Assembly: GCA_034722955.1 (NCBI GenBank)
Contig: JAYEOM010000034.1
Coordinates: 27,722-51,983 of the forward strand
Source of the DNA: Campylobacterota bacterium
Lineage (GTDB): Bacteria > Campylobacterota > Campylobacteria > Campylobacterales > Sulfurovaceae
Direction of reading: 5' to 3'
Length of the DNA stretch: 24,262 bases
The stretch's first letter is position 1. The number at the start of each line of letters is the position of its first letter. The notes beneath the pieces were generated by a model. It was not told the origin of the DNA, made no database searches, and was given only the letters and a program-made list of their open reading frames with translations. A program made the translations under genes and the position numbers. Below, piece by piece: positions 1 to 9,058 of this stretch.

Positions 1-928
1 TCGGCGGAACAATCGGCGGAACTATCGGTAATATTGGAGCGATAGATGGTGGAATTATAGGTGTTGGCTTTGGTGGTGGCGGTGTTGGCTTTGGTGGTAC
101 CGGCGGTACTGGTGGCACTGGTGTTGGCTTTGGTGGTACCGGCGGTACTGGTGGCACTGGTGTTGGATTTGGTGGCACTGGTGTTGGCTTAGGTGGCACT
201 GGTGTTGGCTTAGGTGGCACTGGCGTTGGCTTTGGTGGCACTGGCGTTGGCTTTGGTGGCACTGGCGTTACTGTTGGCTTTGGTGTTGGTGTATAATTTA
301 ATCCTTGCATCAATATATTCTGCAGACTTTGATCACTTACCGAGGCAGGTTTTCCTGTAGGTGTTCTCAATTTTTTTCTATATCTTTTTGAGATTGGTCC
401 TACTTTCCAAATACCATCTTGCAAATATACCATCTCTCCTGTATTGAGTTCGTACATTTTCAGTTTAGTCAAGACAGATATCTGACCTAGTATACATCCA
501 ACCTCTTCATATCGTCCTTTTACTAAACCAAAAAAATGAGTTCCCCGTATACCAATTGTTGCTGATTTGGTTTGAACTTTGAATCTTTCTGGTGCAACTT
601 CCCCAATTTTGCCTGTTACTATACGAAAAAAACCACGGTTTAATTTCATCTTTGCTTTCGAATTTCTCTTAGTATCAAACTTATATTCGCTAAAGCTATA
701 TTTGGAGTTTTCTCCTATTGTGACAATAGTCTGATCATTTAGAATGACTTGAACCTTACTGTTGTTTTTGGTCACGATACTATCTCTCTCCTGGATAGCT
801 GATCCATGTTTGATAGCGATAGTTTTTGTATTGCGTTCTATATTAGCTTTACCTTTGACTGCTGCTACATTACCTATGTTTGCTAAAAGCAGAGCTGGAA
901 TAAAAAGTAAAAGTATATAAGATCTCAT
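1..928 (-). CDS. Secreted FecR-domain protein with long Pro-rich linker (partial, runs off the left edge)
   Basis: Absent from the ORF track; translated by hand. ATG at 928 follows AAGGAG (935-940). Reads MRSYILLLFIPALLLANIGNVAAVKGKANIER...GFFRIVTGKIGEVAPERFKVQTKSATIGIRGTHF..., with a signal peptide and the FecR-type TxxATIGIRGT motif, then (PKPTPVP)n. No stop before position 1. Confidence 0.85.
   Translation of the reverse strand, partial: MRSYILLLFIPALLLANIGNVAAVKGKANIERNTKTIAIKHGSAIQERDSIVTKNNSKVQVILNDQTIVTIGENSKYSFSEYKFDTKRNSKAKMKLNRGFFRIVTGKIGEVAPERFKVQTKSATIGIRGTHFFGLVKGRYEEVGCILGQISVLTKLKMYELNTGEMVYLQDGIWKVGPISKRYRKKLRTPTGKPASVSDQSLQNILMQGLNYTPTPKPTVTPVPPKPTPVPPKPTPVPPKPTPVPPKPTPVPPNPTPVPPVPPVPPKPTPVPPVPPVPPKPTPPPPKPTPIIPPSIAPILPIVPPIVPP
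57..292. repeat. Coding tandem repeats: 21-bp unit (PKPTPVP) and a perfect 39-bp duplication
   Basis: Unit ggtggcactggYgttggcttW (one copy ggattt) starts at 150, 171, 192, 213, 234 and 255 (last copy partial). 81-119 and 120-158 are identical 39-mers. Confidence 0.92.
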
Positions 929-938
929 TTGTTACTCC

Positions 939-2183
939 TTAGTAATTGTACTGTAGACCGATGGATATAGTCTGCTTGTTATAAGATGCCGATTCATAGT
1001 TACTCTCATTTTTAGCATAAGTATAATTGGCAAGTATCTTAAGTTCTTTTGTCAGCTCTCTTTGGAGCGAAAGGTTGATATAGTTGAAATCATCCTCTCT
1101 ATCTATATTCTCTTCGAGAATCACTTCACTACCGAAAGTTCTATGTCCATATTGATAGGTGATTCCAGCGATTGCAAGCCCCTCTATCTCATAGCTGGCA
1201 CCTATAAATAGCTGAAGATAGTCATACTCTGTAAAGGGTGTAGGGTCTGCACTCTTTGCATCAAAACTATTGTATATTGCTTGTGCATAGATATAGTTTT
1301 CTCCATAAAATTTATAAAGACCCAAACTGATACTTGAGAGGGTGTCATCAGCATTTTTATAAAGAGTATCTATATATCTTCGCTCAAGATATTTCAATTC
1401 AACATTAAAGAGCAAACCATCTCCTAGTGAACTAGTCAAACTGGGTGCTATACCATACTGCTCATAGAGATCAAGATCGAGATAGTTCATCCTTCTGTAG
1501 ACTATAGGAAGATATAGTGAAATATTGGAGGTGCTGTAGCCCAAACCTGCATCTATAGAACCATAGAGTGTGTCATAGTAGTGTGCACTATAGTTATCTT
1601 GCCAGTAGAGATTTAGATTACTTTGAAATGAATATCCTCCGGTATCTTCTAACTCATGGACATAGTTGCCACTGAAATTAAAAGAGTGAAATGCACTGCC
1701 GATATCCCCCTCTTCGGTACTAGCCTCTCTGTAGATGCCAAAGTTTAGATTGTCATCATGCCCAAAACTGAGTGTTGCAGAGAATCTTGTAGATACAAGA
1801 CTCCTCTTCTTGTCTACCAGTGTTGAGACAATCTGACGCTGTTGTGGGGTTAAGCGACTATGATCTACAGTATGCATGAGCTCTTTAGATTCATACTCCA
1901 TATTGTTTTTTTGATAGAGCTTTGCAAGTGCTATTGTGGCTTTGGTATTATTGGGATTATACATTAATACGCGTTCATATGCACTCATGGCCCCCTCTTT
2001 GTTTCCTAGCTTCTCTTCACACTCTGCCCATTGCAGGTTGAAACTCTCTGGATTTTTTGTCTCTACAAAATGTTTTTGAAAATAGCTTGCATCGTCTCTG
2101 CATACTGTCTCATTGGCACTCAATAGTGAAAATGGGATCAGAAGCAGTGGAGCTATTTTGCTTATCTGTTTTTTTCTACTCAT
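939..2183 (-). CDS. TPR + outer-membrane beta-barrel protein (Slam/DUF560-like)
   Basis: Signal peptide, TPR-like helices (AMSAYERVLMYNPNNTKATIALAKLY), a Tyr/Phe-rich beta-strand region beginning GHDDNLN, and a C-terminal aromatic beta-signal (SIGLQYNY). GGAGG RBS upstream. Confidence 0.72.
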   Translation of the reverse strand: MSRKKQISKIAPLLLIPFSLLSANETVCRDDASYFQKHFVETKNPESFNLQWAECEEKLGNKEGAMSAYERVLMYNPNNTKATIALAKLYQKNNMEYESKELMHTVDHSRLTPQQRQIVSTLVDKKRSLVSTRFSATLSFGHDDNLNFGIYREASTEEGDIGSAFHSFNFSGNYVHELEDTGGYSFQSNLNLYWQDNYSAHYYDTLYGSIDAGLGYSTSNISLYLPIVYRRMNYLDLDLYEQYGIAPSLTSSLGDGLLFNVELKYLERRYIDTLYKNADDTLSSISLGLYKFYGENYIYAQAIYNSFDAKSADPTPFTEYDYLQLFIGASYEIEGLAIAGITYQYGHRTFGSEVILEENIDREDDFNYINLSLQRELTKELKILANYTYAKNESNYESASYNKQTISIGLQYNY

Positions 2184-2235
2184 ACTATTTTTTCCTCCGT
2201 TAAAATATAATTTTATATATTTTCATCTCTTAGAG

Positions 2236-3954
2236 CTACTCAAATTTGCTAAGAAAGATATCACCATCGCCACTACTGTTACCGTCAAGATCCCCTTCGG
2301 TTGCTCCTGTAATATAGATATCACCATCTCTATCTGTAGTGAGTGAATAGCCAATATCTGCCTCTTTGCTGCCGTACTGCTCTGTTGAGAGTCTAACTCC
2401 GGAACTATCAAATTCACTCAGAAAGATATCTCCTTTACCATTTGGGTTATCGTTGGCAAGGTCTCCCGATGTAACTCCAGTGATATATACTTTCTCATTC
2501 TCTCCAGCTGTGACTGAGCAGGCAAAATCAAGCTCGGAAGTGCCGTACTGCCTAGTCCAATCGGTTTCACCTTCGGTATTGAGTTTGGTCAAAAATATAT
2601 TCCAACTCTCACTAACAAACTCATCATCGATCATATCCCCCGAAGTTCCACCTGTAATATAGATGTTATCAGCTCTATCGATATCCATAGAGGATCCTAC
2701 ATCAGAAGCATAACTGCCAAATAGAGTTGTCCAAGCTCGAATACCTTCACTATTAAATTTACTAAGAAAGATATCACCATAGCCACCTTGAGTGTTACCA
2801 TCGAGATCACCCAAGGTGCTACCCGAAATAAAAATATCATCTTGGCTATCTATGCCTACAGAGTTGGCAATATCATCTTCTGTACTACCATACTGTTTTA
2901 TCCAAAGATTTGTGCCATCATTTGTAAACTTTGCAAGGAAGATATCTCCACCACCTAAATTTTGAATATTTTTCATATTCCCATAGGTAACTCCAGTAAT
3001 ATAGATATATCCAGCACTATCTATTGCAATTGAATGTCCTATATCACTAGAGTTTATACTTCCAAATACTTTGTTCCATATTCGTTGTCCGTCACTATCT
3101 ATTTTGCTAACAAATACATCTCCACCTCTCTCTCCTGTGATATATATGTCACCTTTATTATCAACTGTTATGCCATATCCTATATCATTCTTTGCGGCAC
3201 CATACTGTTTTGTCCATATCCTAGTTCCTAATTTGCTAAATTTTGTAAGAAAAATATCCCACCCACCATATCTGGTATTGTCATCAAGGTTTCCACCAGT
3301 GGCACCAACGATATATATATATCCATCATTATCAGTAGTTACAGCTTTTCCATAGTCATAGCTGACTGTGCCATACTGTTGAGTCCATACCAAGCTTTCA
3401 GGAGTAATTGGTTGATTTGCAAATTCATCAATCATAGCCTTTGCATCCTCTACACTCTGGGTATCTACGGTAACTCCTTCCATTACAGCTCTTGCTTGGT
3501 CACTATCGTTGAGACCACTCTCTGCGAAGTAGAGTCCGACTTCTGTTTTGTTCTGCACTATTATCTTATCATCTCCCAATGCTCCGCGAATGATATCCAA
3601 GATAGCAGAGGATCTTGTTATTGTTCCACTGTCAAGCTCTCTTACCCAGTACTCTAAACCATCTTCATCTGGCTCATGCTCAAATAGATTTTTATAAACA
3701 GTGGTGATAAACTCTTCATTTGTAAGTGAATTGGGATATTTTTTTTGTGTCTCTTCCTGATAGAAGAAGTTCTCTGAGATCTGTTCGAGTGATAGACCTG
3801 ACTTCAGCCAATAGTCCAACCCCTTGGCATCAGATGCTCTATCAAAAAAAGCAATATAGAGTTCTGCTGTACTCTCCTGTGTAGGCTCTTCTGCATATAT
3901 GGGAATTGAAAAGAGGAAAAATGCAGATAAGAGTATGGATAAAATGATTTTCAT
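2236..3954 (-). CDS. Secreted DUF4214 (S-layer N-terminal-like) + seven SBBP beta-propeller repeats
   Basis: Start moved to MKIILSILLS, which follows AAAGGAG and begins a signal peptide. LYIAFFDRASDAKGLDYW and VYKNLFEHEPDEDGLEYW match DUF4214. Seven W-x-x-Q-Y-G...D-x-x-G-x-I-Y-I-T-G...D-I-F-L-x-K repeats follow. Confidence 0.85.
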   Translation of the reverse strand: MKIILSILLSAFFLFSIPIYAEEPTQESTAELYIAFFDRASDAKGLDYWLKSGLSLEQISENFFYQEETQKKYPNSLTNEEFITTVYKNLFEHEPDEDGLEYWVRELDSGTITRSSAILDIIRGALGDDKIIVQNKTEVGLYFAESGLNDSDQARAVMEGVTVDTQSVEDAKAMIDEFANQPITPESLVWTQQYGTVSYDYGKAVTTDNDGYIYIVGATGGNLDDNTRYGGWDIFLTKFSKLGTRIWTKQYGAAKNDIGYGITVDNKGDIYITGERGGDVFVSKIDSDGQRIWNKVFGSINSSDIGHSIAIDSAGYIYITGVTYGNMKNIQNLGGGDIFLAKFTNDGTNLWIKQYGSTEDDIANSVGIDSQDDIFISGSTLGDLDGNTQGGYGDIFLSKFNSEGIRAWTTLFGSYASDVGSSMDIDRADNIYITGGTSGDMIDDEFVSESWNIFLTKLNTEGETDWTRQYGTSELDFACSVTAGENEKVYITGVTSGDLANDNPNGKGDIFLSEFDSSGVRLSTEQYGSKEADIGYSLTTDRDGDIYITGATEGDLDGNSSGDGDIFLSKFE

Positions 3955-3985
3955 CATATCTCCTTTTCTTAATTTAAGATATCTA

Positions 3986-3994
3986 ATTATATCA
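3986..3994 (-). promoter_or_regulatory. Extended -10 promoter element (TGATATAAT) for the DUF4214/SBBP gene
   Basis: Plus-strand attatatca, about 30 nt upstream of the start codon. Confidence 0.5.
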
Positions 3995-4061
3995 TATATA
4001 TCAGCTTTTTTGTAAATTAAAATTTTATGACTTACTGCAGATAAAGAGTTGTAACTGAATG

Positions 4062-4565
4062 TTACAGTATCACTCTTTTGCAAATGATAACTCTTTTTTG
4101 GTAGAATGGCTTATTGAGACTCGTTCTGATAACGCCTCTTTTTGAGCTGCTTGCATGGATGAAGTTGCCGTTGCCTATATAGATACCAACATGATTGACC
4201 TCTCCTCGGAACCGTTTTCTGGTATCAAAAAAGATCAGATCACCATATTTGAGCCTATCTATAGGTATAGTTTTGCCACGCTTTGACTGATCGATAGATT
4301 TTCTAGGCAGCCATAGATTCATAGTAGCAAAACTATAGTATACGAGTCCTGAGCAGTCAAAGCGATTGGGACCTTGTCCTGCATATCGGTAAGAGTCTCC
4401 ATAGGTTCCTCTGAGGATTTTGTGGAGTGCGGATAGTGATGGTTGTTGGTACTTGACTACCGGTATATAGCGTTGTTTTGAGCTGCAAGCAGTAAAAAAA
4501 ACAAGAATAACTGCTAAAGTGTATATGATAGCTATATCTCTGGAGATAAAATGTTCTCTAAACAT
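4062..4565 (-). CDS. NlpC/P60 (C40) peptidoglycan endopeptidase lipoprotein
   Basis: Lipobox-like FTAC; catalytic motifs FDCSGL, GDLIFF, HVGIYIG and FIHASS. Confidence 0.9.
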   Translation of the reverse strand: MFREHFISRDIAIIYTLAVILVFFTACSSKQRYIPVVKYQQPSLSALHKILRGTYGDSYRYAGQGPNRFDCSGLVYYSFATMNLWLPRKSIDQSKRGKTIPIDRLKYGDLIFFDTRKRFRGEVNHVGIYIGNGNFIHASSSKRGVIRTSLNKPFYQKRVIICKRVIL

Positions 4566-5189
4566 CTATGGAACAGCCCTTCTAGGGATCCGGTTGCCTG
4601 GTTTCCATGGTGTAGTATGCAGAGTAGTAGTAGTCTTCATCGGAGTTAATTTTCCACTGCAGGTCATATAGAACTCTTTTTCACTCTTGCTCATATAGCG
4701 TTTGCATATCTTCATCCTCTTTAGATAGATAGGCTCTTTGTCAAAGTTCGTATATATGACTTTACGATCTCTGCTGCTAGCATGGGCGAACCAGCCATCC
4801 CCTAGATAGATCCCTACATGAGTAATGCGTCTGCTCTGTCCATTTTGTGAACCAAAAAAGATAAGGTCTCCATATATTAGGTTGTTGTAGTTCACACTTT
4901 TACCTACTTTTGCCTGTTCTCTCGCAACGCGTGGAATATTTATACCCATTTTACCATATATATTGTAGGTCAATCCAGAACAGTCAAAAGCATTTGGCCC
5001 CTCTTCGGCCCATATATAAGGTTTGTTGAGATATTGGTTAAGAAGTCTTTTTATGTTTTTTCGATTTGGTTTACAAGTTTTGGATGGTTTGATAATATCA
5101 TAGTTTGGATAACTGTATGGTTTGCGAGAACATGCAGTAAACAGTAGAGATATAGATAGTAAAAATAGGATTCCAAGATGCTGTTTCAT
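4566..5189 (-). CDS. NlpC/P60 (C40) peptidoglycan endopeptidase lipoprotein
   Basis: Start moved to MKQHLG after GAGGAG. Lipobox-like FTAC; FDCSGL, GDLIFF, HVGIYLG and FAHASS. Its TAG directly abuts the ATG of the next gene. Confidence 0.9.
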   Translation of the reverse strand: MKQHLGILFLLSISLLFTACSRKPYSYPNYDIIKPSKTCKPNRKNIKRLLNQYLNKPYIWAEEGPNAFDCSGLTYNIYGKMGINIPRVAREQAKVGKSVNYNNLIYGDLIFFGSQNGQSRRITHVGIYLGDGWFAHASSRDRKVIYTNFDKEPIYLKRMKICKRYMSKSEKEFYMTCSGKLTPMKTTTTLHTTPWKPGNRIPRRAVP

Positions 5190-5213
5190 AGGCGACTCCT
5201 CATATTTTAGAAT

Positions 5214-5222
5214 ATTATAGCA
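5214..5222 (-). promoter_or_regulatory. Extended -10 (TGCTATAAT) for the NlpC/P60 pair
   Basis: Plus-strand attatagca, about 25 nt upstream of the ATG at 5189. Confidence 0.6.
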
Positions 5223-5262
5223 TCTAAAGGTAGAGATTTGCATAAAATAGTAAAGTTTAAAC

Positions 5263-5283
5263 CTTGATTGACATTGACTAAAG
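5263..5283. promoter_or_regulatory. HAIR (HspR-associated inverted repeat) operator
   Basis: CTTGATT-N7-ACTAAAG versus the HAIR consensus CTTGAGT-N7-ACTCAAG: 6/7 in each arm with the correct spacer, directly upstream of cbpA-hspR. Confidence 0.85.
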
Positions 5284-5297
5284 ATTTTTGATATAAT
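5268..5297 (+). promoter_or_regulatory. Sigma70/80-type promoter of cbpA-hspR
   Basis: TTGACA (5268-5273), 18-nt spacer, TATAAT (5292-5297) with a TG extension at 5289-5290. The -35 lies inside the HAIR. Confidence 0.75.
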
Positions 5298-5332
5298 TCT
5301 ATAAATTGTATAATTTATAAGGATTGTAGTAG

Positions 5333-6211
5333 ATGTCAAAAAGTTTGTATGAGACGCTTGGAGTTAGTGAAAATGCCAGTGCAGATGAGATCAAAAAGGC
5401 TTATCGAAAATTAGCAAGAAAATATCATCCGGATATCAATAAAGATGAGAGTGCTATAGAGAAGTTCAAAGAGATCAATGGTGCGTATGAAGTCCTAAGT
5501 GATAAGAGTAAGAAAGAGCAGTATGATCAGTATGGTGATCAGATGTTTGGAGGGCAAAACTTTGGTGATTTTGCTAAAGGTCAGGGTGCAAATGTCGACC
5601 TAGATGAGCTCCTGCGTCAAATGTTTGGAGGCGGCGGCGGTGGCTTCTCTGGAGGTGGAGGCGGTTTTGCTGGAGGTCAGCAAGGTGGTTTTGGCGGTTT
5701 TGGTGGCTTTGGAGAGCCAGATCTTGATACTCAGGCGAGGATTACTATCCCATTTACAGTCTCAGTTTTAGGTGGTAAACATCAGGTAACAACCAATGGA
5801 AATAGTTTTGATATCAAAATACCTGCCGGCATCAAGAGTGGAGAGACTATGCGTGTGCGTGGAAAAGGTCAAACTCAAGGGGGGCAAGTTGGTGATCTAA
5901 TGATCAAGGTTGATATATCTCCATCGACAGAGTATGAACGCAAAGGGGACAATCTATACAAAACGATAGATGTGCCATTGAAAACAGCTTGGTTTGGCGG
6001 AAAGATACAAGTTGATACGCCTGAGAAAGAGGTATCGCTCAAAGTTCCTCAAAATACTAAAAATGGTCAAAAGTTTAGACTCAAAGGCAAAGGGGTACCT
6101 GATAGAAAAACAGCACTCAAAGGCGATCTCTATCTTGTTGCCGATGTGGTACTCCCCGATGTAGAGAGGCTCGACAGTGAGCTCAAGACTTTACTGGAAA
6201 ACAGATTATAA
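5333..6211 (+). CDS. cbpA: Curved-DNA-binding DnaJ-class co-chaperone CbpA
   Basis: J-domain with HPD, G/F-rich region, DnaJ C-terminal domain, no Zn-finger repeats; lies directly upstream of hspR. Confidence 0.9.
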   Translation: MSKSLYETLGVSENASADEIKKAYRKLARKYHPDINKDESAIEKFKEINGAYEVLSDKSKKEQYDQYGDQMFGGQNFGDFAKGQGANVDLDELLRQMFGGGGGGFSGGGGGFAGGQQGGFGGFGGFGEPDLDTQARITIPFTVSVLGGKHQVTTNGNSFDIKIPAGIKSGETMRVRGKGQTQGGQVGDLMIKVDISPSTEYERKGDNLYKTIDVPLKTAWFGGKIQVDTPEKEVSLKVPQNTKNGQKFRLKGKGVPDRKTALKGDLYLVADVVLPDVERLDSELKTLLENRL

Positions 6212-6223
6212 GAAGGATGAGAT

Positions 6224-6601
6224 ATGCATAGTCATAGTTATGATGAGCCCGTTTATTTGATCAGTGTTGTTGCGTCGATATTGGATATCCATCCGCAAAC
6301 TCTGAGACAGTATGAAAAAGAGGGGCTTGTTACCCCTTCGAGAACAGGTGGGCGTATGCGTCTCTACTCTCAACGAGATATAGATAGGATGAAGATGATT
6401 CTTCGTTTGACACGGCAGATGGGAATCAATTTGGCAGGTGTAGATGTAATACTGCAACTCAAAGAGAAGATGGATGAGATGGAGCTGGAGATATCTCAGA
6501 TTAGAGAGGAGCTAAGCAGAGTCAATCGTAATGGCTCTGTACAGATGAGTAAAGCTATGGTGACAAAAAACAGTTATGATATTATCATCTTTAAAGAGTA
6601 G
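6224..6601 (+). CDS. hspR: MerR-family heat-shock repressor HspR
   Basis: YDEPVYLISVVASILDIHPQTLRQYEKEGL...RMRLYSQRDID...GINLAGV is typical of HspR; cbpA-hspR synteny and an upstream HAIR. Confidence 0.93.
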   Translation: MHSHSYDEPVYLISVVASILDIHPQTLRQYEKEGLVTPSRTGGRMRLYSQRDIDRMKMILRLTRQMGINLAGVDVILQLKEKMDEMELEISQIREELSRVNRNGSVQMSKAMVTKNSYDIIIFKE

Positions 6602-6714
6602 CATAGAGATCTCTACTCTTTAGGTAGAGGGTGATTAGGAACCTCCCCCAAGCAACTCTACCCATCTGACTTCTCCTTTTGCTCCTAGTTGGATTCTCTC
6701 AATCGTCGCATAGA

Positions 6715-7011
6715 TTAATCTATATAGTATCGTCGACCATTGCTTCCTATATAATATGTATACCCTCTATTATCTCTATAATATCTACGGTTTCTATCTT
6801 TTGCATCTTCGTTGGCTCCTATCGCTGCTCCAGACACACCACCAAGTGCTGCACCGACTGCTGCACCTCTGCTACCGCCGACAAGACCTCCAAGAACTGC
6901 TCCACCACCTGCACCTACTGTTGCACCCGTTCCTGCTTTTGTAGCACATCCACTCATCAAGACAATAGCCGTACTGGCAATAGCAACTGTTGCAAATTGT
7001 ATTTTTTTCAA
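6715..7011 (-). CDS. Small glycine-zipper lipoprotein
   Basis: Lipobox LMSGC, GAxxGAxxG glycine zippers and a basic Tyr-rich tail; AAAAGGG RBS. Confidence 0.8.
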   Translation of the reverse strand: MKKIQFATVAIASTAIVLMSGCATKAGTGATVGAGGGAVLGGLVGGSRGAAVGAALGGVSGAAIGANEDAKDRNRRYYRDNRGYTYYIGSNGRRYYID

Positions 7012-7185
7012 TTTTATCCCTTTTATATTTTATTTTTGATTGTAACATTATATTATAATATAATTGCTTTAAAGATTACTGTAGAGGTGAAGTCATTTTC
7101 GAACATTATTTCGATCTCTGGGTTAGACTTGTAGTTATTTTAGTTATACTACTAGAATATTTTGAGACAAAGGTAGAGTGTAGTT

Positions 7186-9003
7186 GTGAAGAAGATCATT
7201 TTTTTACTTATCCTGCTCTATGCTTCATCTCTATTGGCTGACAGCAACGATAATACTTTTGATACTTTTATCGATAAACAGATCAATGTTGAAGCTATAT
7301 TTTTTGATCAAAATCTCTCTCTTGACGATAAGGTCAAGGTTAAAAAAAAGCAGAGTAGTGATTATCAAGATTTCTTCCTGCAATATTCTACTGAGAAGAG
7401 TATAAATAGCAAAGTGAACAATCCATACCGTAAAGATATGAATAGAGTAAAAATTCGTATAAAAAGCAATAGGTATGCAGGCAATATTAATGCAATAAAG
7501 CGTGATGAAGTTTTGCTAAAAAATTACTCTACACGAAATGCTCTTAGAGAGATGCTCAATAGTATCATAAAGCAGACCAATAGCAATTCAAAAGCATTCT
7601 TCAAAGAGAAGGTCAATGAGATTATTGAAAAATTCTTTTCATCACACAGACCACTGGAGAGAAGTAAGTATCTTTCTGGTGACCAAAACCAAACCAACTC
7701 CATTGTAGAGTCAATTCGTTCAGGACTTCAAAATCAAACTTATCTTGAGAGCGTAGTCAATACTTTCAGTTCGGAGCTGATAGAGGATAGTTCTCTTATC
7801 TACCGTACTTCCCGTATAGCTGACTCTAAAATTTTAAATATTATCTACAGAGTTAACAAAACCTCTCTGGGGCAGGAGCTGAATAAGTTTCTCTCTCCTT
7901 TACATTTGGATTCGGCTAAGCTTGTCCTGATGCTTGGTATAATAGTTTTTATTTTTATTTTTAAATATATTGCAAAGATCTTGGTAGATCGTCTATTGCA
8001 TTATCATAAGATCAAAGAGGACGATATAGAGTATATTCATAAATATATTTTAAAAATATTTACTATGCTCGCCTCCTTGGTTGCCATCAATGTTACATTT
8101 GTAGTTCTTCTAGGATTTGATAGTCAAACTATCAATCTCACTAAAGTATTTGCAACTCTCTATGTGATTTTGATAGCACTACTACTCTATCGTATCACCA
8201 GCACGATTGCATACCTAAAGTTAGAGCAGATGAAAAATAGTAAAATACTCAAAAATGAAGTAGTCAACCTCTCCATAAAAGTGGTTCATGGTGTCATTGT
8301 TGTTGTAGCATTGATCGTTATTCTCAAAATCGTTGGTGTTAATCTCACTGCACTCCTTTCAGGTTTGGGTATTGCAGGTGCAGCAGTAGCTTTCGCAGCG
8401 AAAGACAGTATAGCCAATATCTTTGGCTCGATATCTATCCTTTTAGGAGATGTTTTTGAGCAGGGTGACTGGATCGAAGCAAAAGATATCAATGGTACAG
8501 TAGTGGAGATCGGTCTGCGGGCTACAACTGTACGAACCTTTGACAATGCACTTATATCGATTCCAAATTCCAATTTGTCAGGTGATGCCGTCATAAACTG
8601 GAGCAGGAGAAGTGTAGGGCGGCGCATCAAGATGAGTATCGGTGTCACTTATGAATCTGACTTTGGTGATATCAGAAAAGCGATAGATGATATCAGGGAG
8701 ATGCTCAGCAATCATCCCTCCATCGCCCAAAAAACTACTTCTCATTATAGTTCGGGCAGGACATCCAGGCTGGTCTCTACAGAGGATTACAAGGGTGTCA
8801 AAAATACAACACTGGTATATATGGATGAGTTCGCAGACTCCAGTATCAATATATTGATCTACTGTTTTAGTAGCACTGTAGTCTGGGATGATTGGCTCAG
8901 AGTCAAAGAGGATGTTATGTATAAGGTAGAGGAGATCCTTCAGAAGAACAACCTTGAATTTGCTTATCCTGCGATGATGCTCCATAAGGCAAAGCAAGAG
9001 TAA
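7186..9003 (+). CDS. MscS-family mechanosensitive channel with N-terminal exported domain
   Basis: Signal peptide, TM helices and MscS core motifs GIAGAAVAFAAKDSIANIFG, GDWI, GTVVEIGLRATTVRTFD, IPN and EFAYP. Confidence 0.9.
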   Translation: MKKIIFLLILLYASSLLADSNDNTFDTFIDKQINVEAIFFDQNLSLDDKVKVKKKQSSDYQDFFLQYSTEKSINSKVNNPYRKDMNRVKIRIKSNRYAGNINAIKRDEVLLKNYSTRNALREMLNSIIKQTNSNSKAFFKEKVNEIIEKFFSSHRPLERSKYLSGDQNQTNSIVESIRSGLQNQTYLESVVNTFSSELIEDSSLIYRTSRIADSKILNIIYRVNKTSLGQELNKFLSPLHLDSAKLVLMLGIIVFIFIFKYIAKILVDRLLHYHKIKEDDIEYIHKYILKIFTMLASLVAINVTFVVLLGFDSQTINLTKVFATLYVILIALLLYRITSTIAYLKLEQMKNSKILKNEVVNLSIKVVHGVIVVVALIVILKIVGVNLTALLSGLGIAGAAVAFAAKDSIANIFGSISILLGDVFEQGDWIEAKDINGTVVEIGLRATTVRTFDNALISIPNSNLSGDAVINWSRRSVGRRIKMSIGVTYESDFGDIRKAIDDIREMLSNHPSIAQKTTSHYSSGRTSRLVSTEDYKGVKNTTLVYMDEFADSSINILIYCFSSTVVWDDWLRVKEDVMYKVEEILQKNNLEFAYPAMMLHKAKQE

Positions 9004-9058
9004 AAGGATATACGATAAAATACGATCTTCAATATCAAAAGCCATAGGAGGCATATCG

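Noticed and set aside
57..292. Repeat array as a possible CRISPR
   Set aside because: Units are contiguous with no unique spacers, are in frame within a Pro-rich CDS, and no cas genes are present.
2113..3657. Short alternative-frame and antisense ORFs within the SBBP gene (similarly in mscS, tal, pgl, the ABC genes and the TBDT)
   Set aside because: Nested in well-supported genes and show no recognisable motifs.
3955..4083. N-terminal extension of the 615-aa ORF
   Set aside because: Overlaps the NlpC stop and contains a promoter motif; the RBS and signal peptide fit a start at 3954.
5190..5339. N-terminal extension of the 257-aa NlpC ORF
   Set aside because: Runs through the promoter/HAIR region; the RBS and lipoprotein signal fit a start at 5189.
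5625..5712. GGC/GGT-rich low-complexity tract
   Set aside because: The normal G/F-rich linker of a DnaJ-class protein.
6679..7134. Plus-strand ORFs of 151, 62 and 75 aa rich in Cys, His or Pro
   Set aside because: Antisense shadows of the Gly/Ala codons of the Gly-zipper gene; not RiPP precursors or metallothioneins.
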